Positions 58,326-64,000 of a stretch of 64,000 nt of DNA are shown piece after piece; the stretch's first letter is position 1; every line of letters starts with the position of its first letter. The DNA comes from Lachnospiraceae bacterium (GTDB lineage: Bacteria; Bacillota; Clostridia; Lachnospirales; Lachnospiraceae): NCBI GenBank assembly GCA_017461045.1, contig JAFTZJ010000047.1, positions 12,218-76,217 of the forward strand, in the 5' to 3' direction. Under the pieces are notes generated by a model. The model saw only the letters and a list, made by a program, of their open reading frames with translations. It made no database searches and had not been told where the DNA came from. A program made the translations under genes and the position numbers.

Positions 58326-60236
58326 ATGGCAAACGAGTATGGAGCTGAACAGATACAGATTCTGGAAGGTTTAGAAGCCGTTCGGAAGCGACCTGGTATG
58401 TACATTGGTAGTACATCAGAGCGTGGTTTACATCATTTGGTATATGAAATTGTAGACAATGCGGTGGATGAGGCCTTAGCAGGATTCTGTTCCGTCATTG
58501 ATGTGTCAATTAATGAAGATAATTCCATAACAGTAGTTGATAATGGACGTGGTATTCCGGTAGGTATTCATGAAAAAGCCGGTATCCCGGCAGTAGAAGT
58601 TGTATTTACCATTCTTCATGCAGGTGGTAAATTCGGCGGTGGAGGATACAAGGTATCCGGTGGTCTTCATGGTGTAGGTGCATCTGTAGTAAATGCGTTA
58701 TCTGAGTGGTTGGAAGTTGAAATCAGTCGAGATGGCAAGGTGTACAGACAGCGCTATGAAAGAGGACAAGTAGTTTATAAATTAAAAGAGGTTGGTAAGA
58801 CTGATCAGACCGGAACAAAGGTAACATTTAAGCCGGATGCAGAAATCTTTGATACCACTGTGTATAACTTTGACACATTAAAGGTTCGTTTGCGGGAAAC
58901 TGCATTCTTAACCAAGGCATTAAAGATTAATTTGAATGATAAGAGACAGGATCCGGTAGTAGAACGTACCTTCCATTATGAGGGTGGTATTAAGGAATTC
59001 GTAGAATATATTAACCGTCATAAAGATCCTTTGTATAGCAAGGTTATTTATTGTGAAGGTGAAAAAGACAATATTTTGGTTGAAGTTGCATTGCAGCATA
59101 ACGATTCCTTTAATGAGTCTACATATAGTTTCGTAAATAACATTAATACACCGGAGGGTGGTATGCATTTAACCGGTTTCCGTAGTGCAATTACCAAGGT
59201 GTTTAATGACTATGCAAGAACAAACAAGTTATTAAAAGAAAAAGAAGATAATTTATCCGGTGATGATTCGCGTGAAGGTTTAACTGCAATTATCAGTATT
59301 AAGATTGAAGACCCACAGTTCGAAGGTCAGACCAAGCAGAAGCTGGGTAATTCAGAAGCCAGAAGTGCAGTGGAAGGTATTGTTACAGAGCAAATGACTT
59401 ATTTCTTAGAACAGAATCCTTCTATTGCAAAAATTATCATTAACGAGGCAGTATTGGCACAGCGTGCAAGAATTGCCGCCCGTAAAGCAAGAGATGTAGC
59501 CAGAAAGAGCAATTTATCCGATAGTATGGCACTTCCGGGTAAATTAGCAGATTGTTCCGATAAGAATCCGGAAAAATGCGAAATCTACATCGTAGAGGGA
59601 GATTCCGCTGGTGGTTCCGCAAAGACAGCACGAAGCAGAGCAACCCAGGCAATTCTTCCACTTCGTGGTAAGATTCTGAATGTTGAAAAAGCAAGAATTG
59701 ATAAGATTCTGGTAAATGAAGAAATTAAGGCAATGATTACCGCATTTGGTACCGGTATTCATGACAATTTTGATATTTCTAAATTACGTTACGGAAAAAT
59801 CATTATCATGACCGATGCGGACGTAGATGGTGCGCATATTGCAACCCTGTTGTTAACGTTCTTCTATCGGTTTATGCCGGAGTTAATCCGTCAGGGACAT
59901 GTATATTTGGCACAGCCACCACTTTATAAGTTAGAGAAGAATCGCAAGGTATGGTATGCATACAGTGATGACGAGTTAGATAAGATTTTGAAAGAAGTTG
60001 GTAGAGATACCAACAACAAGATTCAGCGTTACAAAGGTCTTGGAGAAATGGACCCTGAACAGTTATGGGAAACCACCATGGATCCGGAACGCAGAATTCT
60101 GTTACGAGTAGCCATTGATGAAGAAAATGAATCCGAGATTGATTTGACCTTTAATACCTTAATGGGTGATAAGGTAGAACCACGTCGTGAATTCATTGAA
60201 GCAAATGCGAAATTCGTTAAGAATCTGGATATTTAA
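58326..60236 (+). CDS. gyrB: DNA gyrase subunit B
   Basis: 636 aa with the GHKL domain, Toprim [14 protein letters not shown] and [12 protein letters not shown]. Confidence 0.95.
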   Translation: MANEYGAEQIQILEGLEAVRKRPGMYIGSTSERGLHHLVYEIVDNAVDEALAGFCSVIDVSINEDNSITVVDNGRGIPVGIHEKAGIPAVEVVFTILHAGGKFGGGGYKVSGGLHGVGASVVNALSEWLEVEISRDGKVYRQRYERGQVVYKLKEVGKTDQTGTKVTFKPDAEIFDTTVYNFDTLKVRLRETAFLTKALKINLNDKRQDPVVERTFHYEGGIKEFVEYINRHKDPLYSKVIYCEGEKDNILVEVALQHNDSFNESTYSFVNNINTPEGGMHLTGFRSAITKVFNDYARTNKLLKEKEDNLSGDDSREGLTAIISIKIEDPQFEGQTKQKLGNSEARSAVEGIVTEQMTYFLEQNPSIAKIIINEAVLAQRARIAARKARDVARKSNLSDSMALPGKLADCSDKNPEKCEIYIVEGDSAGGSAKTARSRATQAILPLRGKILNVEKARIDKILVNEEIKAMITAFGTGIHDNFDISKLRYGKIIIMTDADVDGAHIATLLLTFFYRFMPELIRQGHVYLAQPPLYKLEKNRKVWYAYSDDELDKILKEVGRDTNNKIQRYKGLGEMDPEQLWETTMDPERRILLRVAIDEENESEIDLTFNTLMGDKVEPRREFIEANAKFVKNLDI

Positions 60237-60253
60237 GGAATGGAGGAACAAAC

Positions 60254-62818
60254 ATGGACGACAGTACAATTTTTGATAAAGTTCAAGAAATAGACTTGAA
60301 AAAAACCATGGAACGTAATTACATTGATTACGCAATGAGTGTAATTGCAGCCAGAGCCTTACCGGATGTACGAGACGGATTGAAGCCGGTACAGAGAAGA
60401 ATTTTATTTTCTATGATTGAGTTGAACAATGGTCCGGATAAGCCACATCGTAAGTGTGCCCGTATCGTCGGTGATACCATGGGTAAATATCACCCACATG
60501 GTGACAGCTCAATCTATGAAGCATTGGTAAAATTAGCACAGGAATGGAATACCCGTTATATGCTGGTAGACGGACATGGTAACTTCGGTTCTGTGGACGG
60601 TGACAGTGCTGCGGCAATGCGTTATACAGAAGCAAGACTTTCTAAGATTTCTATGGAAATGCTTGCAGATATTAATAAAGATACCGTTGATTTTGTACCA
60701 AACTTTGACGAGACAGAGAAGGAACCAATGGTACTTCCAAGCCGTTATCCAAATCTTTTGGTAAATGGTACTTCCGGTATTGCAGTTGGTATGGCAACCA
60801 ATATTCCTCCTCACAATCTTCGTGAGACCATCGATGCGGTAGTAAAGATTATCGACAACCGGGTTCAGGAAGATCGGGAAACCGATATGGAAGAAATCTT
60901 ACAGATTGTAAAGGGACCGGACTTCCCAACCGGAGCACAGATTCTGGGTACCGGACAGATTGAGGAAGCTTACCGTACCGGACGAGGTAAGATTAAGGTA
61001 CGTGCTATTTCCAATATTGAGCCAATGTCCAATGGAAAGCAGAGAATTGTAATTACCGAATTACCATACATGGTAAATAAAGCACGTTTGATTCAGAAAA
61101 TAGCTGAATTAGTAAAGGATAAGAAAATCGAAGGAATTACAGACCTTCGTGATGAATCCTCTCGTGAAGGTATGCGTGTGGTTATTGAACTTCGTAAGGA
61201 TGCCAATGCCAATATCGTATTAAAGAAATTATATAAGCATACTCAGTTACAGGATACCTTTGGTGTAATTATGCTGGCATTGGTAAATAACGAACCAAAA
61301 ATTCTGAACTTATTAGAAATGTTAACCTACTACCTGAAGCATCAGGAAGATGTGGTTACCAGAAGAACCAAATACGAATTAAACAAAGCAGAAGAACGTG
61401 CACACATTTTACAGGGTTTGTTAATTGCTTTGGATAACATTGAACGTGTTATTCAGATTATTCGTGGTTCAAAAAATGTAGCAGAAGCAAAAGAAAAATT
61501 AATGGAAGAATTCGGCTTATCCGAAGTACAGGCTCAGGCAATCGTAGACATGCGTTTGCGTGCATTGACCGGTTTGGAACGGGATAAGATTGAAGCAGAA
61601 TATCGTGAATTAATTGAACGTATTGCAGAGTTGAAAGCAATCTTAGCAGATAATAAGAAATTATTAGGTGTTATTAAAGAAGAGTTATTAATCACTGCAA
61701 CAAAGTTCGGTGATGAAAGAAGAACTTCAATCGGACCGGATGAAGATGAGATTACCGATGAGGAACTTATCAAGCGTGAAAATACAGTTATTGCTATGAC
61801 TAAATTAGGTTATATCAAGCGTATGACTGTAGATAACTTCCGCTCACAGAACCGTGGCGGTAAGGGTATCAAGGGAATGCAGACCATTGAAGATGATTTC
61901 ATTGAAGAGTTGATTATGACAACGACACATCATTTCATCATGTTCTTTACGAACCTTGGTCGAGTATACCGCTTAAAGGCATATGAGATTCCGGAATCCG
62001 GCAGAACCGCAAGAGGAACAGCAATTGTAAACTTATTGCAGATGCTTCCGGAAGAAAAGATTACAGCGGTAATTCCAATTCGGGAATTCAAGCCGGGACG
62101 TTATTTGTTCATGGCAACAAAGAAGGGTATGGTTAAGAAGACTCCTATTACAGACTTCCAGAACATTCGTAAGAATGGTTTGGCAGCAATTACTCTTCGT
62201 GATGAAGATGAGTTGATTGAAGTAAAATCAACCAATAATAAGAAGGAAATCCTCTTAGTATCGAAGTTAGGTATGTGTATCCGATTCTTAGAAACCGATG
62301 CAAGAAGTACCGGACGTACATCTATGGGTGTAAAGGGTATGAATCTCGGTGCCGGAGATGAAGTAGTCGGAATGCAGATGGATACTCAGGGTGATGACTT
62401 ATTAATCGTATCTGAAAATGGAATGGGTAAACGTACTTCCATGGATGAATTTACACCACAGAACCGTGGCGGTAAGGGTGTGAAGTGTTATAAGATTAAT
62501 GAAAAGACCGGTAATGTTGTTGGTGTTAAGGCAGTTAGTGAGAGCAATGAAATTATGCTGATTTCTACAGAAGGAATTGTAATTCGTCTGCAGTGTAAGG
62601 ATATTTCTCAGCTTAGCCGCGTAACCTCCGGTGTGAAGTTAATCAACATGGATACAGAGAAACACATTACAGTTGCAAGTGTTGCAAAGGTTCGTGACAG
62701 TGATCCGGAAGAAGATCTTAAGAAACTGGAATCACAGTTAGAAGAAGAACAAGAAGTAGGAACTATAGAAGAGATTTCTGAGGACGAAGGTATGGACGAA
62801 ATCCCAACAGAAGAATAG
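60254..62818 (+). CDS. gyrA: DNA gyrase subunit A
   Basis: 854 aa. The active-site region is [10 protein letters not shown] and the QRDR is [13 protein letters not shown]. It has GyrA-box C-terminal blades and an acidic tail. Confidence 0.95.
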   Translation: MDDSTIFDKVQEIDLKKTMERNYIDYAMSVIAARALPDVRDGLKPVQRRILFSMIELNNGPDKPHRKCARIVGDTMGKYHPHGDSSIYEALVKLAQEWNTRYMLVDGHGNFGSVDGDSAAAMRYTEARLSKISMEMLADINKDTVDFVPNFDETEKEPMVLPSRYPNLLVNGTSGIAVGMATNIPPHNLRETIDAVVKIIDNRVQEDRETDMEEILQIVKGPDFPTGAQILGTGQIEEAYRTGRGKIKVRAISNIEPMSNGKQRIVITELPYMVNKARLIQKIAELVKDKKIEGITDLRDESSREGMRVVIELRKDANANIVLKKLYKHTQLQDTFGVIMLALVNNEPKILNLLEMLTYYLKHQEDVVTRRTKYELNKAEERAHILQGLLIALDNIERVIQIIRGSKNVAEAKEKLMEEFGLSEVQAQAIVDMRLRALTGLERDKIEAEYRELIERIAELKAILADNKKLLGVIKEELLITATKFGDERRTSIGPDEDEITDEELIKRENTVIAMTKLGYIKRMTVDNFRSQNRGGKGIKGMQTIEDDFIEELIMTTTHHFIMFFTNLGRVYRLKAYEIPESGRTARGTAIVNLLQMLPEEKITAVIPIREFKPGRYLFMATKKGMVKKTPITDFQNIRKNGLAAITLRDEDELIEVKSTNNKKEILLVSKLGMCIRFLETDARSTGRTSMGVKGMNLGAGDEVVGMQMDTQGDDLLIVSENGMGKRTSMDEFTPQNRGGKGVKCYKINEKTGNVVGVKAVSESNEIMLISTEGIVIRLQCKDISQLSRVTSGVKLINMDTEKHITVASVAKVRDSDPEEDLKKLESQLEEEQEVGTIEEISEDEGMDEIPTEE

Positions 62819-62895
62819 AAGGATTTTAAGGGGCTGCCCGCCTGCGAATACTCGTAGGTATGGCAGCCTTAAAACACAGAAGGGGGCGGGATTGT

Positions 62896-63105
62896 ATGAA
62901 CTTTGATGAAATTATGGATTTATCAAATAAGGCTGATGCATTTAGCAGTATTATGCTATACATATTAGCCGGAGTCGGTGCGTTATTAGCAATTCTCCTA
63001 ATAGTATGGTTACTATTCAAACTATCCGCATTTATTAAAGGAAAAAAGGGCGATACAATATTAAAAGATGTGCCAACAGATGAAGAACAATTATTCGGAG
63101 ATTAA
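62896..63105 (+). CDS. Small single-TM protein, hypothetical
   Basis: 69 aa from MNFDEIM after SD AAGGGGG; the track ORF starts at 62860. Confidence 0.4.
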   Translation: MNFDEIMDLSNKADAFSSIMLYILAGVGALLAILLIVWLLFKLSAFIKGKKGDTILKDVPTDEEQLFGD

Positions 63106-63125
63106 TAAGGGAGCTTTGTACATTT

Positions 63126-63968
63126 ATGAGAACGATACATACCGATACAATTATTCAGAATATAAAAGAAATGTGCATAGAGGCAAATTTGCAGTTGTCA
63201 CCGGACATGGAATCGGTGATTCATAATGCAAGCCGGGAAGAAGATAGTACACTTGGAAAACAGATTCTTGGCCAGTTGTGTGAGAACATGCAAATTGCAA
63301 AAGAGGACTCCATTCCTATTTGTCAGGATACGGGAATGGCAATTGTATTCGTAAAAATCGGACAGGATGTTCATATAGAAGGTATGCCTATAACGGAAGC
63401 AATTAATGAAGGAGTTCGTCAAGGATATGAGGAAGGATACTTGCGCAAATCTGTCGTAAGGGATCCGTTAATTCGCGAGAATACCAAAGACAATACACCG
63501 GCAATTATCCATTATGATATTGTTCCGGGAGAACAGTTGGAATTGATGGTTGCACCAAAGGGATTCGGAAGTGAGAATATGAGTCGGGTATTCATGCTGA
63601 AGCCGGCAGATGGTGTGGAAGGCGTGAAAGCATCTGTACTTCAGGCAGTAAAGGATGCAGGCCCAAATGCTTGTCCTCCAATGGTGGTTGGCGTCGGTCT
63701 GGGTGGAGATTTTGAAAAATCAGCAATCTTGGCAAAGACCGCATTAACCAGAAATATTAATGAAGGTTCAACCTTGCCACATATACGGGCAATAGAAGAA
63801 GAGTTGTTAAAAGAAATCAACCAACTGGGTATCGGTCCTGGTGGATTAGGCGGAAAAACAACTGCATTGGCTGTGAATATTGAGACCTATCCAACTCATA
63901 TAGCAGGGATGCCATTAGCAGTAAATATCTGCTGTCATGTAAACCGACATGCAAAACGTATTCTATAA
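63126..63968 (+). CDS. Fe-S type hydro-lyase alpha subunit (class I fumarate hydratase / L(+)-tartrate dehydratase family)
   Basis: 280 aa with PICQDTGMAIVF and the typical alpha-subunit length. Confidence 0.85.
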   Translation: MRTIHTDTIIQNIKEMCIEANLQLSPDMESVIHNASREEDSTLGKQILGQLCENMQIAKEDSIPICQDTGMAIVFVKIGQDVHIEGMPITEAINEGVRQGYEEGYLRKSVVRDPLIRENTKDNTPAIIHYDIVPGEQLELMVAPKGFGSENMSRVFMLKPADGVEGVKASVLQAVKDAGPNACPPMVVGVGLGGDFEKSAILAKTALTRNINEGSTLPHIRAIEEELLKEINQLGIGPGGLGGKTTALAVNIETYPTHIAGMPLAVNICCHVNRHAKRIL

Positions 63969-63983
63969 ATAAGGAAGAAACCG

Positions 63984-64000
63984 ATGGAAAAACATATACA
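63984..64000 (+). CDS. Start of the next ORF (probably the hydro-lyase beta subunit), truncated by the window edge
   Basis: ATGGAAAAACATATACA follows SD AAGGAAG, 16 nt after the alpha subunit stop. The function is inferred from the usual alpha/beta pairing only. Confidence 0.35.

Noticed and set aside
62828-62870. The hairpin after gyrA (AAGGGGCTGCC ... GGCAGCCTT) was considered as a terminator.
   Set aside because: The stem is bulged, no T-run follows on either strand, and the small downstream ORF with its SD begins right after it. It was left unannotated.

Overview
This is an origin-of-replication window from a low-GC Gram-positive anaerobe. The Clostridia/Lachnospiraceae-like assignment is an inference from gene content only. 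The core is the classic oriC neighbourhood. On the minus strand, moving left from oriC, lie rpmH, rnpA, yidD, yidC, jag, mnmE, mnmG and rsmG. oriC is bipartite (53673-54162 and 55522-55825). To its right on the plus strand lie dnaA, dnaN, yaaA, recF, gyrB and gyrA. Further left is a parA-parB-DUF4446-DUF3881 block, preceded by four perfect copies of the 16-bp parS palindrome TGTTTCACGTGAAACA. The rest is housekeeping and accessory genes: luxS (partial), mtnN, murG, an ABC-2 exporter, HD-GYP and EAL c-di-GMP phosphodiesterases, an SOS-boxed small-ORF/dinB operon, trmB, an MCP, a D-Ala-D-Ala carboxypeptidase, argS, a MATE pump, an Fe-ADH and class I fumarase. There are three tRNAs: Pro-CGG, Lys-CTT and Arg-CCT. 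I saw no rRNA, CRISPR array, transposase, integrase or phage genes. The most unusual content is a roughly 10-kb minus-strand operon (14946-24931, probably extending through a GH1 glucosidase to 13565). It encodes five paralogous B12-binding radical SAM enzymes, a GH3-family adenylating amido-synthetase-like protein and two unplaced (possibly GNAT-like) proteins. It is preceded by a repeat-rich, highly structured non-coding module (25026-25260). I cannot match this gene combination to any characterised pathway from memory. A second notable locus is a tandem array of six diverged two-TM small membrane protein paralogues (32668-35865), with a duplicated 86-nt leader and a relic gene fragment. All calls come from reading the sequence and ORF translations; no database search was run.
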